Notes under the pieces: model-generated
What the model saw: only the letters and a program-made list of their open reading frames with translations
What the model was told of the DNA's origin: nothing
The model's database searches: none
Shown here: one piece after another, positions 13,427 through 25,919 of the stretch
Layout: each line of letters opens with the position of its first letter
Position numbering within the stretch: position 1 is the first letter of the stretch
Origin: Ruditapes philippinarum
Taxonomy: Eukaryota
Length of the DNA: 64,000 bases
Direction of reading: 5' to 3'
Assembly (NCBI RefSeq): GCF_026571515.1
Contig: NW_026862025.1
Coordinates: 62,001 to 126,000, forward strand
Position numbers and translations under genes: made by a program

Positions 13427-13568
13427 GTCATTTGACAATGCGCTGAGTGGTCATACAATTATGTTGGGTTCATTCGGATATCTTCGCGTCAAACAAGATG
13501 GCGGGCGGGAGCAACTAATTTCCATAGGTCACGTCGAGGCTAATGACCACTAAATTGCCAAAACAATT

Positions 13569-14400
13569 ACCTATTTGAGTCACACATGGCCACAGTATAT
13601 AGAACGTTAAATATAAGTATGGAAACCCCATTTGAGACACACATGACCACAGTAAATGGAACATTATATATAAGTAAGTGTAGCCTAATAAAGTCAAACA
13701 TGGCCAAAGTATAAAGAAAATTTTATATAAGTAAGTGAAACCTAATTGAGTCACACATGGCCACAATATATTAGACATAATGTTTAAGTCAGGGAAATGT
13801 ATTTGAGTCTAATTTTATTAGGCTACCCTTACTTATATATAATGTTCCATATACTTTAGTTATGTGTGACTCAAAAAGATTTCCCTTACTTAAACATAAT
13901 GTTCCATATATTTTGGCCTAGTGTGACTCAATTAGGTTTCCCTTACTTATATAGAATGTTCTTCATAATGTGGGTATGTGTGACTTTATTGCGCTACCTT
14001 TACTTATATTTAATGTTCCATATACTGTGGCCATGTGTGACTCAAATAAGTTTCCCTTACTTAAATATTATGTTCCATTTATTGTGGTTATGTGTGACTC
14101 AAATGGGTTACCAACAAATACATTTTAAGTTGTATATGCTGTGGCCATATGTGACTTTAATAGGCTACCCTTACTTATATATGCTCCATATACTGTGGCC
14201 ATGTGTGACTCAAATAGGGTTCCCTTACTTGAATATGATGTTTTATATTTTAAATTTCGTTTGCTGTGTCCATTTGTGACTCTTATAGGTTACCAAACAG
14301 ATAAATTTTAAGTTTTATTTACGGTGGTCATGTGTGACTTTAACAGGCTACCCTTACCCATATTTTAAGTTTTATATACTGTACCCATTATGACTGTAAC
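13569..14400. repeat. 57-bp tandem array with an internal orientation switch near 13810
   Basis: GTGACT recurs every 57 bp from 13866 (13923, 13980, 14037, 14094, 14151). The reverse complement, AGTCA(C/A)ACATG, recurs at 13569-13810. Confidence 0.9.
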
Positions 14401-15383
14401 AGTATAGTATAGTCATGAATTAACTAAATAAATACCCATAGGGTATTTAAAAGTCCAATTTATGAAAATAACGTTCTTAAGCCCCCGATAATATTTACAG
14501 GGAAGAAAATTGTTTTGGCAATTTAGTGGTCATTAGCCTCGACGTGACCTCTCCCATCTTGTTGCCCGAAAATATCCGAATGAACCCAACATAATGGTTG
14601 TATCACACAACAGTTTGTGTTCACTATTGAACATAATGACCTCTGCACCGAACAGTATATCATCTGAACTGAACATAATGATAATACCAAAAAAACACTG
14701 AACATAACGACCTTTGCACCGAACAACACATTGACTTGACTGAAGAAGATATAATCAGCACACAAGATAATGATTGTACCATTTAAGATAATGGTTGTAC
14801 CATTTAACAGTTCTATTTCACGACTGAACAGAAGGAAAAAAGCACCCAACAGCATGTTATTGCAACTGAAAATAATAAAAGTATCACCCAATAATACACT
14901 GCCTCAACCAAACAAAATGATAGTACCACTCAACTGTTTATTTTCATGGTTGAACATGATGAGAAGAGCACAAAACAGCATATTATTATAACCGAACATA
15001 ATAACTGTAACACCCTACAACATACTTTTTTAACTCAACATAATTGTGTTTCCACATGCCTGTTTGTTTTAAGAACTGAACATAACGACTTATGCACCCG
15101 ATAATACATTGATTTGACTGAATAAAATACAGTCAGCACACAACATAACACTTCAATAACTGAACACATTATGATTTCCACCCAGCATTTTGTATCTCGA
15201 ACTCAACAGAAACACATTTAACCAGGTATATCATTCATTCTCAACATAAGACAGTCCAGGCGTTCCATAGCTTGGCGTTAGAAATTGATGAGAAGATCTT
15301 GAATATTGTGCTATTTTTATCTATCATTCTATGATTTTGTTATCAGTGTAGTATTGTACATTGTATATTATCTTATCATCCTG

Positions 15384-16153
15384 GATTGCGTTTCATGGAG
15401 AGTCCTAAGTCTTAAGTTTGTCTTAAGATAAAAATTGTGACAATTTTGCGTTTCAAAGAAAGTCTTAAAAAAGGTCCTAACTTATGACTCCTATATTTAT
15501 GACCAAAAACAGTCATTAGTCTAGGAGTTTTTAAAAGGTATCTTAAGATTGTCCTAAGTCAAAACCACTCCAAAATCAAACACTTTTTTGTTGAACTTTG
15601 TTTTGAAAACTATCTTGAAATGATAGATAATGGTCTAACTAAGAAAATAAATCCTAACACCAATAACTTTTATTCAGACATTAACGCTGTACAGACGTTA
15701 AAAGAGTTGTTTACATGACGTCACAATGTAGCGCCAAATATCGCGTGCAAAACAAGACGCATCTATAAAGAATATATTACTGCGCGCTGACAATTGCAGT
15801 TGCGTAGCAAGCAAAGGGGTTCGTAACCATTTTTTTACTATGAAATTAAAGGTTATTTTATCGTTTTTCGTGAAATATGGTATATATTTTCACTCAACAT
15901 GATAAGAGGGCAATTCATTACTTTTTATACTTGCTAAAATCTATAACATAGTAAATCCAATCCGGAATTATGCGCGTACCATTGTATTTTGTAACTTTTT
16001 TCAGGAAAGCAAATTGGTCATAAGTCTTAAGTTTAAGACAAAAGATAGGACAGTTACTTGAAACGGTCTTAAGTGCAAAAACTTTTTTCTCCTAAATTTG
16101 GTTATAAGTCCTATGATTAAGGATTAACTTAGGACTCTCCATGAAACGCAGCC
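15384..16153. mobile_element. PIF/Harbinger-like MITE
   Basis: 27-bp TIRs GATTGCGTTTCATGGAGAGTCCTAAGT and ACTTAGGACTCTCCATGAAACGCAGCC, flanked by CTG and CAG (CWG target). Repeated CCTAAG/CTTAAG subterminal motifs. Confidence 0.8.
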
Positions 16154-16675
16154 CAGGTCCATAGTTTATATTGGAGTCTAGGACATCCCGCTCCATACCC
16201 GAGGGCATCCCACTCAATACCATACATGGTTCCAATAAGCATGTTTATTTTATCCAGTAGTAGAAAAATATACAAAATCATGTTTTTCCCAAAAATGATA
16301 TGATGTTATGTTTTAGCTCTTTGAAGCACATTAACATTCGAAAGATGGCAAAAATACTATGCTTAAGTATATGACATATAAAATATGTTTAAAACAAAGA
16401 ATACTATACTTTTCAAAATATTTTGCAAGATAACTTACACGTGAAAGTTTTGCAATCAATCACAAATTTACATTGAATGTGTTACATGTTCGTTAATAAT
16501 ATAAGCTATGAAATATTTTATATTCTTAAACAATTATATGGTTTCTTATCAAAATAAAGTCCAAAATTTGTTTTGTTTATCATACACAAAACACATACTA
16601 TTAGGTAAAAAGTACAATTCAGATCAATTGGTTAACCATTGCAATACAATACTTAATCTACTATGCACGCGTACC

Positions 16676-16702
16676 TGATGAAGACTTTAAGTCAAAACGT
16701 TG
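16676..16702 (+). ncRNA. Minimal hammerhead-ribozyme-like motif, core mutated
   Basis: CTGATGA-A-GAC-TTTAA-GTC-AAAAC-GTTG. The GAAA box is changed to AAAA. Confidence 0.4.
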
Positions 16703-16930
16703 TGTTTTTTTTTAACTAAATCAATACATTTTTAAATTTAAACAGGAGTGCCCTTATATATTCATATTTACATTGTGTTTTTACAATTATATAAGGAAGT
16801 TTGCTAATATATTGTATAGTTTACTAAAAAAGGAATATAAACATATATGAAGTACCTTTAACAAAGAATGCAATAATTATTTTTCATATGTAATTCAAAA
16901 TTAGAAATAAACTAAAATATGATGCATTAA

Positions 16931-17274
16931 AGCTGCATACCTCCAGCTGAGCCAAAATATTTCAAGAAAATAAAACTTGAGAAAAATGTATTGAGGTTTT
17001 AAGAAAAGTAAAAAGACTCAAGATAAATGTAATAATTTCCATGTTATTTGCGATTGATGGCCAATTTTTCAGTAATTTTTACCATATTTCTACCGCGTTA
17101 CTAATCAGTAAGGGTTAATTTTGCATATTTTTACCTATTTTTGTAATCTTCATTGGTTGTAAGTGCCGTTTGAAGTGTGCATATTATTTTCTCTGCCAGC
17201 TTAACAATATTTTACTTTTGAACACATTTTCAAAGTTTTCATGAACATTAGCAGGAATCTGGAGGCGTGCTGCT
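16931..17274. mobile_element. Kolobok-like non-autonomous element with TTAA TSD
   Basis: TTAA-AGCTGCATACCTCCAG...CTGGAGGCGTGCTGCT-TTAA (13/16 TIR match). The paralogous site at about 3972 has a single TTAA, an empty site. Confidence 0.85.
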
Positions 17275-20200
17275 TTAAAATATTAGCAAATGTAAGATAC
17301 TAGGTATGCAAGATGTATGACGTGCCATGTGAAAATAATTATGTAAAATTCAAGCCGAGACTTGTACAGAAAATTATGCAAGCAATTTACTCTCAATTTA
17401 ATCTTACATAGTTGAAATATAAATAAAATGATAAATGGATTGATTATCGACACATATTTTTTCTTTGTAATGCTAAACTGATAAATTGTTATCATATATA
17501 AATATTTCAAGTGTTTTATACCAGGCAAGATGCATGTCATTTTACTTATAGCCTGATGGAACTGGAAATGATTATTAGTCTTTGACACAACTATAGAGTC
17601 AAAAAAGCTTGCAAATCACTAAAATCTGTCGACTTCTGCTAGAACTTGCAGGTTAAATGATAGATAGTTTTCTGCTTATGTATAAAATTTGTGTGTTAGT
17701 AAATTAGTCACTTAAGTGAAGCATAATTTTGTGTATTATGTGACGCATTTAGGAAAAATGTTCCCCGATATTTTGAGAAATGGATCTATCATTGAAATAA
17801 ATTGAAAACATAATTGAGTGATTAGAGGAAAATTTGAACAACTGCAGTCATTAAAGTGACACGTGATGGATTCTTGCAAAATCAATGGCACAGCAAATAA
17901 AGAACAGTTACTATTTTAAGTACTTGATATGAACAACAAACAAAATTTTCAAAGAAATAAAAAGAATAGAAACTTAGAAGAGAACAGAATAAAACAGTCA
18001 ATTGAACAACAACAAATCATTTATTATCTTGTGTTTGCCTACTTAATCATACGAACTGACAAAGGTTTAAACCAATAACGTGTGTGCAAATTTTCAGATA
18101 ATTCCCCTGTCCCTTTAATTCAGAGTAACAATGACCCACACGTGGCTAAACAATAGCAATAACTATAGATTTTCAAGTTTATTCTGAGTATATTCCTGTT
18201 ACAGCCTTTGTAGTTTTTTCATGTTTTAGGTTACCACTGAATGTATAAAGGAAATCAACTGATGATTTAAGAATGTTTGACCTCAGTTGAAGTTGCTATT
18301 AATATATTTCGTACATAGCCATCTTCCCCATTTTCTTGGCTTTGTTTATAACTAATGTAAAGAGTAGCCTGCAAGGACACGCAACGAATGACGAATGACT
18401 ATTTTAACGACCGTTTTTGGTTTTTCTTTTAAATTTTTTTAAAATGTTTATTTAAGTCATTTTAATCGAAATAAGTTAATATAAGTTATATAAGTTATAC
18501 AAATATTTGAATTTATATAACATCGTTGTATTTTTATACAAGTTTGAGAATAGCAGGTTCAATTATTAACAAATACACCAAAACATTTTCGTCATTTTTA
18601 ATGCTTATACGAAAAACATGTCAAAATCATAAGATATTTTAAGGATATTTTCTCCCAGACTGTAATTTAACAAAGAAATTCCTAAAGGGGAAAGAATACT
18701 TGAGGAAAAAAATCCTAATAACTATAATTTTTACAACATATTACGCAATTCCCTGATATGATGTTACCCTCTCAAACGACCGATGACAAACAATAAACAA
18801 CAACACAACAACATAAAACCCACAGAAAGCACAAGAAAACCAAAAACACCATCGAATTAACATAAAATGGAATGATTATGTAATTTTGTTTCCTAAAGAA
18901 TGATATTACAATATTTTGTCATATAAGTACAATTCTAAGATTATATAGTTCGAAGCAGAGAAATTGAAAATAGGCAGTAATTTAAAAGTTTTCAGTTAAA
19001 TATATTTGATCTTTTGCAAGCAATATTAAGATATTTTTTATTGAATTTCGCTTAGTTGGTGCAGGGTCTTTCAAATAGATTTCAAAGACGCTGGTTGATG
19101 TCTTCTTTAAAACATGTCATTTGCTATTTATAGAAAGTCTGCAAATGTCTGTCTGTAATGTGCCAGCATTGCCATTGTTCTGTGGAATCGTCTTAGATAA
19201 CACGATAATGTAAAATATGATTTCAAGACACTCATTTATTTCATCCCATGTTTCTTGGAATTTTATCATAGCTAAATGAAGCACTGAAGATTTAGCAAAA
19301 CAAATGCAATACATTTGATGCAGTCAAATACAGTATACCGTCGTGTCTTACGTGTTCATCAGAATCAACAACAGAACAGAACAATTTTTTCAGACATATA
19401 TGCAAATTTAATGTACATTGTTTTGTTCAATGATTACATACAACAAGATAATCACATAAAGATATGTATTCTTTTTGGTCTCCTTTTCTAGTTTTTATTT
19501 TTGTATTGGTATTCTTTTTTATCCCCCTCCCCCAAAAGATTGTTTTTCTTGCGATTTAGCAATTCATATACGATATTTGTTCTATACCATACCGTCTTAG
19601 GTAATATCACCAATGTCAGTTCCATAAAATAATAATAAGAAGAATAATTAAAAAACACAGGATAAATACGGGTATGACTTAGTGTTGTCTTTGCTAAATT
19701 GAGTATTGGAATATGTATACAATATCTTGTACAATATTTGGACTGCCACTGGTTATTTCAGTTAGGGGACACGAAAATGATTGATAATTTTATTGCAAAC
19801 TTTAGAACTTTCTTTTAACTCAAACAAATTCAATAATATTTTAACAAAACAACAGCTCAGATAAATTCTGTTTCTGATTTAAACTAATAAATTCTATCAT
19901 AATAAGGGTTTAACAGGAATATTAAGATATTCTGCAACAATGTGCTGTTAAACATTGGAAGTTTTACGTGTCTCAGAGAAAGGAAAACCATGTTTACAGT
20001 CGTTGATAATTATATCACTGTGAAAGCTTTTCATTCCTTTTTTTATTTTCTTCTATTTCTGACTGTTTGTTTTGTTTTCTAAGAATATTAGAATTATTAT
20101 TTATCAGATGTTTTGAAAGAACAACAGTTTCTTATTAATTTAGGTAAGCTTAATTTTACTTGATATCATTCATGATTTAGCATAAAAACACTTGTATATA

Positions 20201-20737
20201 CTTCAATACTTTAAAACTGCGTGCCATCTTGTGATTTTACTGATTCTAACACTTTAAATATCTACAATGCTTACCATATACATAATATTCACAATGATCC
20301 CATATTTTTACATGTGATGCGAGAGCTGAAGTTTTTGCCACTGTGCGTGCCTTTGGTTAATGTCAGATTTGTACGCCAGACAATGGTCTTATTATTTATG
20401 TTTACCATATAGATAAACTATTTAGGTATACTTTTTAGATTAATTATCCAGATTTAGAGTGTAGATTTACTTTTACATTATCTTTTTTTTTTACATTTAC
20501 TGTTTCGATCAACCATTTTCCTTTTAAGAGTACATATACTATTATTAAGATTGACTTTAATTTAGACTTCTATTTGAATTTATAATTTAAATTTAATATA
20601 ATTTAGATTTACTGATTTACTATTTAGTTTTACTTTTTAGATAAATTTTACACTTACACTTTTACTATTTAGAAAAACATCCTGTTTAATGCCGTATGTT
20701 TGCATAAGTACTTTCACCATCATAGTGATGTTTTTTT

Positions 20738-20910
20738 ACTTAAGCGTGCAGATGTATGTATAATTCTTTCAAATTTTAAAAGGCATTCAGTTGGACACAA
20801 ATCATTATCAAAATAACACTTTACCTAAGCGTGCAACAGTATGTATAATTCTGTTTAATGGCATTCATTACGTTTATCACAAATCAATATAATAAAATAC
20901 ACTTAACCTA
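20738..20910. repeat. Two-copy ~85-bp tandem duplication
   Basis: TAAGCGTGCA...GTATGTATAATTCT...GGCATTCA...CACAAATCA...ACACTT occurs twice in tandem. Confidence 0.75.
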
Positions 20911-21389
20911 ATTTTTTGGGAACGTCGTTTTTTATATTTCCTTCCAGGAAAAAATTACAGATTTTCTTACGTGCCAATTACAGCTACAATGTGAATCCTT
21001 AATATACAGACAGGAAGTACTTTACGCAATGTCTGTAAATTATTTACAAACAAATGTGGTAAAAGCAAAGCCTATGCTTGGTGTTTCAAGACTTTTGAAA
21101 AAGCTTAAAATGATTGTCATTGACAGGAAAAGAAATATGAAATATAATTTCATAAGATGCTACAAAGTTTCGCATATAACTTTACGTGGAATGTGGCAAC
21201 GTTTTCACAAAATAATTATCGCAGAAAAAGTAAATTTTGAAATGTCTAGGTTATGGCCAGTACAGCTTTAAGTACTAAATTGATTACCATACACACAATT
21301 CTCGAAAGGTTGATTGTTGTTCTAAGCCTTTTTAGTCTTTTTTAAGGTACAATGGTTGATAATACAATGTAAATGACAATTAACTTAAT

Positions 21390-21483
21390 TCATGGGAAAC
21401 ATTACATTTTGCTACATCTCTCACGCCTCCTAGCACCGACTTAAACGGTATACTATACTTAACACTAACAGTATTGGAATCAA
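21390..21483 (+). repeat. Dispersed stem-loop element, partial copy lacking the hairpin
   Basis: GCTACATCTCTCACGCCTCCTAGCACCGACTTAAACGGTA...AACACT...TGGAATCAA aligns with 58528-58600. Confidence 0.6.
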
Positions 21484-22139
21484 ATAACAATATAAAAAAT
21501 AGTCAGACGAGGTGCAGGGTAACTTTTTATAGATGCCACATAGCAAATTACACCTGTTGTTTTGAATATTAAAAACGTATAGAGGAGCTAGCTACATTGA
21601 TGGCAATGAAAACAAAGACATTACATTATAATTACAGACCCTGTTTTAGTAAGTATATTCATGGAAACTTTGCCGTTCCGGAAAACTTGCTCATTGCTTG
21701 CTCATCTGTTTGAATACAACTCTTTGATTTTCTACATTTTAATCGGAATTAGCTATAACTAAATGATATTATAATAATGAAATAATATCACGTGAAAATA
21801 TTTCGTATACATGTGTAAACATCGTTATTACTTTGACAATAATGATCAATTTCATCGTGTTCTTATTTAACTAAGCCTTATTTTAAAATATATAAGTTAT
21901 GGAACATCCAGAAATTCAATTAATCGATTCCCTAAATAGATAGCAACAAACTACTTGTGCGAGGTAAGATTACCATTTTATGTGAGTTTGTAGCAACAAA
22001 TTATGTGCAAACAATCGCAACATTCGCTCAAACATACGCTTACACATTGCGCAGAAAGAACAAATAAATGCCTTTAAACGTTTGTTATTCAAATCCGTAC
22101 AGTCGATTTTCGAATTATTCTGAGTCTATTTCGCTTTAA

Positions 22140-24141
22140 GGTGACAACAGACACTTTCGTTGGTACTCACATAAATGTCATTTAAACCAACTTATTTAAG
22201 TAATAATTGTTATTTATTTTATCGTTGTGCTTTAAATGACGTTGATCATCATAAAAAATAACATATTTGAAAAAAATGCCTTTGTAAATTGTTGATTTTT
22301 AATAAATATCCTAAAATTTTAAATCTTCATATCAAAGTCATTTTTTTATTTTTTTGTCATCAAACTTTTGGAAAATAAACATACTTATAATATCTGGGGA
22401 ACCGTGTCTCAAATTTTTTCTATCTTTTCTCAAAAAAATATTACGTTACGTCAAACATTTTATGCGACTTTTTTCACCATACATATTACGTAATTAAAGA
22501 TAATTAAGTCGCTGATTGAGCAAACAAAAATCCCTGACACGGTTTTCTCCGTAAATGAATTCCCTTTCATGTGCTTTAAACCGCATGTTAATTGCTTGAT
22601 TATTAAAAAAGTTATGCCGATTCAAAGTTAGTCCGACCCGCATCAAACGAAGTGTCATAAATCGGCTGTTCTCTCTCGGACCCCTACGTTTCACGCTAAA
22701 TAATTGCATAATACACAAATATCGCACCAGAGAGGGTCACAAGTTGCGGTAACATACTCTAACAACATTTTATGACCCAGTGACATCTGACCAATTAAAA
22801 AGATGCTGATTAATATCAGTTTATAACAGGAATTTTTTCAAATCTTATCGTGATTTACCGTTCGGCTGGTATCGGTCGCACATGCCACATGACTTTCGGT
22901 AAAATTTGAGGCACTCAGTGGGGGGGGGGGGGGAATGGAACGCATTTGCGCACCACTATCGGGGTATTTAATTGTTTCACTTTTGAAGTTTATTATTATT
23001 ATCATCAGCATTATTATTATATTATACCAGTGTCAATCTGTCTGTGTATTCGTGTATGAAATTCCGTTAAAATATAAATTAAAATAACAAAAAAACTGAG
23101 CTTCTGACGGTCTTTTAAAGTCCATGGTAGATGTACTAATAAGAACGGGATATTAAATATTTTTTCCTCCAAATTGATATAAATGCTTCACATATTTTAA
23201 TAGAAATAAAAGGTATCACTCGATCATTATGATCTGACCTTCTTGACTTCTATTATCATGAATACACGTATCATCTATGCACGACATAGAGATCCAGTTT
23301 CTACTGGGATATGCAATAAATTCCATACTTTGTCTTAGGTTTATTAGTACTGTGTTCGATTACTGGCGAACAATTTACTCAAAGCATTCACTGATAATAT
23401 ATTTTATTATCTTTTTTTATTGATTCGTAGAGAAATAATCATCCTTAGACAACCTAAAATGGTTTAGAAAAAATTGTCAGGGACACCTTACCACAAGTCA
23501 TATAGGCGTTCACATAAAAAATGTTGTCTGTTTTTGTTGTTGTCTTACTTGACATTGTTAGAAAACGAGGTTGAATGTTAAGCAAGTCCTTGAATCCGTA
23601 AAAAAAGTGCATAAACTCAATGTAATATCTGTCAGATTAACGGGACAGACAAATTATTTTCACACATTATGGATATTTTAGCAACTATATTTTTAATCAA
23701 TCCCGTGCGTGCGATTTGCCGCTATGCTTAATTATTTTTGTTTCATACATTATGTTACGTACATTGGCTGATAATTTCTTATTTTATAAAAAAGGCTAAA
23801 TAAAAGGTAGACGATATTCATAAAAGATGTACGGTATTTGTACGACATATGAAGTACGGGTGGTATGGACCAGTATGGATCGGTATTTCGCGCAAATCTG
23901 GAACTACCGATTTCCCTCATTGATGCCTCAACAGGGGGCGGAGCGTTATCGATAATTGACAGGTTACACGAATAGCAGATAAAAATGGTACAGGTACCGT
24001 TTTAAAACGTTTAAAAACACATTTTTGGGACTAACTGCTTCCAAATTTAAATCACGAATGTGTTCAGAAAAGGTTGATAAATCTACTAAGCAAAAAATCT
24101 CATTTTAGGTATTTTCAGTGATAATTGACTCCGTTGTCACC
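22140..24141. mobile_element. Kolobok-like non-autonomous element (2.0 kb) with TTAA TSD
   Basis: TTAA-GGTGACAACAGA...TCCGTTGTCACC-TTAA (11/12 TIR match, purine-purine start). No coding region inside. Confidence 0.7.
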
Positions 24142-24930
24142 TTAACCTTGTTCATGTTTTCCCGTTTGAGAGCCTATATCGATCTATATAGAGATTTTAA
24201 ATCATTAAGCGTTCATGCTTTCGGACCTCCGCTACTTTAAATACATAAGCTCATCTAACTTGTTTCAAAATATTTGCTTAAGTGGTTTACAATGACTTAA
24301 AATCTATTGCCTAGCAAACAAAAACGTTCATGTCAATACCTTTTAAAAAAGATTACTATAATATAGAAATTTTATTTTAATTGCATAAGCAAATAGAATG
24401 AGCTTTCAGTTATAATCTAGTCATCGAACTATTATCAGATCTAATTAGCCAAAGGAAGTGAAAAAAAATTGAAATAAATGACAATCCTTCAAACATAATA
24501 ACAGAATACTCCGAATTAACAATGCAAACTGTCTCTTCTTTTCTGTTATACATGTTAAATATCAATAGAATGCAGTAATGAGTATACCGCTTATCAATTC
24601 TAGACATACCCTCGATTATTCACTGACAACTAAAGGTATCAGACCATATATAGCAACCGGAAACCTTTCAGTGCTAATTTGTTATAAGAAGAAAGAAAAC
24701 TTGCGTGTGATACACGCTTATCTTTTTTATAATAGACCCAAACGGAAATCCATACGATTGACCCAAAAAGGCTATTATTATTTTACTGTTCCGACAGGTG
24801 TGCAAAAGATTCAGAAACTTAATCATTCAAGAAACATTACGTCCTTGAACTCTGTAGTTATAAAAAGATGATATCTCAGGGCCTCCGATTTTATAGTGAA
24901 ATGTGGGAATCCATTTCACTTTCTCATAAT

Positions 24931-25068
24931 TTGTGAAACACGACAGGGTAGGAAACTGGACCAAAGTTCCCGCTCTAGATAGCATGTATTAAGAATTTGT
25001 GAGCAGACGACAGGCAAAGTTCCCGCTCTAGATAACAATACTGATAGTTTGTGAGCAAACGACAGGTC
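24931..25068. repeat. ~51-bp tandem repeat, about 2.5 copies
   Basis: TTGTGA...ACGACAGG occurs three times and CAAAGTTCCCGCTCTAGATA twice. Confidence 0.8.
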
Positions 25069-25919
25069 CGTTAACCACTCTGCAATACTTTTAAAGTCAT
25101 TAAAACATTTTTACTTGTTTCTTGAATCGCTCCGTTTGTTTACAAATAAAACATGATGATAATTGTTTATTCAGCCTGCCAGTAAACAGAACGTCAGCTT
25201 GTACATGCTAAAACAGACAAAGGAGTAAAAAGCAAAAACAAGAAAATATGTATTTGATATACAGACTGTAAAATTATTGCTTTTCCAATCTTGTCTATAT
25301 TCTACATCGTTCAAGGTTATTGGTACGAAAATCGTTAATCACTTAAAAAAACAACATTAACAAGTGCTTAACCGTCTGGTTAAAAAACCTGACATATATG
25401 TGCCATTTATTTTATCTGAATAATTAAGTTCATTGCTGCCATATAGCACGTATTTATTGATTGATACTCAACTTGAATTTATCTCAAGAAACATCAGTAC
25501 GAAAAGTGTTTCAATGTAAAAATCGTGTTACAATAATGGAAAAAAATTGAAACAGGTCAGACAGATTCAATTATTTTTCCTGTAACCATGACCTCAGGAA
25601 ATGTGTTACCTTTGGATATTGATTACATGTCATGCTAATACATCTAAAGGAAAAAAGACGTAATTTTATGGTAATCAGTTTAATGACCTTTATTTTGTTT
25701 TTGGATTTTGATTTTTTCACAAACTTGCTTACTTGCGTATATCTTTATACTCAACTACAATTGGTTTGTCAATTATTTTCTTATTCCAAAATCGCAAACT
25801 GGTGCATTTTGCTGAGAGATCAATGATCATGTTAAATACTTGTTTGTGCAAGTGGCCTTTTGTCAATGAATTATGGTATGGTAAGATTATCTTGAATGAC
25901 AAACTATTTGAAACTTAAA

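Larger units (their letters stand above)
12106..15269. mobile_element. Non-autonomous foldback DNA transposon, IS3EU-like
   Basis: Terminal inverted arms 12106-13568 and 14508-15269, starting TATGGAACGCCTGGACTGTCTTATG and ending CATAAGACAGTCCAGGCGTTCCATA. Exact 6-bp flanking direct repeat GCTTGG (12100-12105 and 15270-15275). TAY..RTA ends with a 6-bp TSD are the described IS3EU signature. No transposase present. Confidence 0.85.
16452..17778 (+). repeat. Local segmental duplication, block 2 copy B (interrupted by a TTAA element)
   Basis: Colinear with 3570-4430. Carries an extra 344-bp element at 16931-17274. Confidence 0.88.

Noticed and set aside
12271-13553. Long ORFs (395, 302, 151, 162 aa) on both strands
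   Set aside because: They arise from a 21/42-bp tandem array whose period is a multiple of 3. Several frames are open at once and they lie inside a transposon arm.
13515-14279. Hydrophobic 19-aa repeat ORFs
   Set aside because: Translations of the 57-bp satellite in its two orientations.
20420-20675. Telomere-like array
   Set aside because: Degenerate TTTAGA/TTTAC low-complexity tract without consecutive TTAGGG units.
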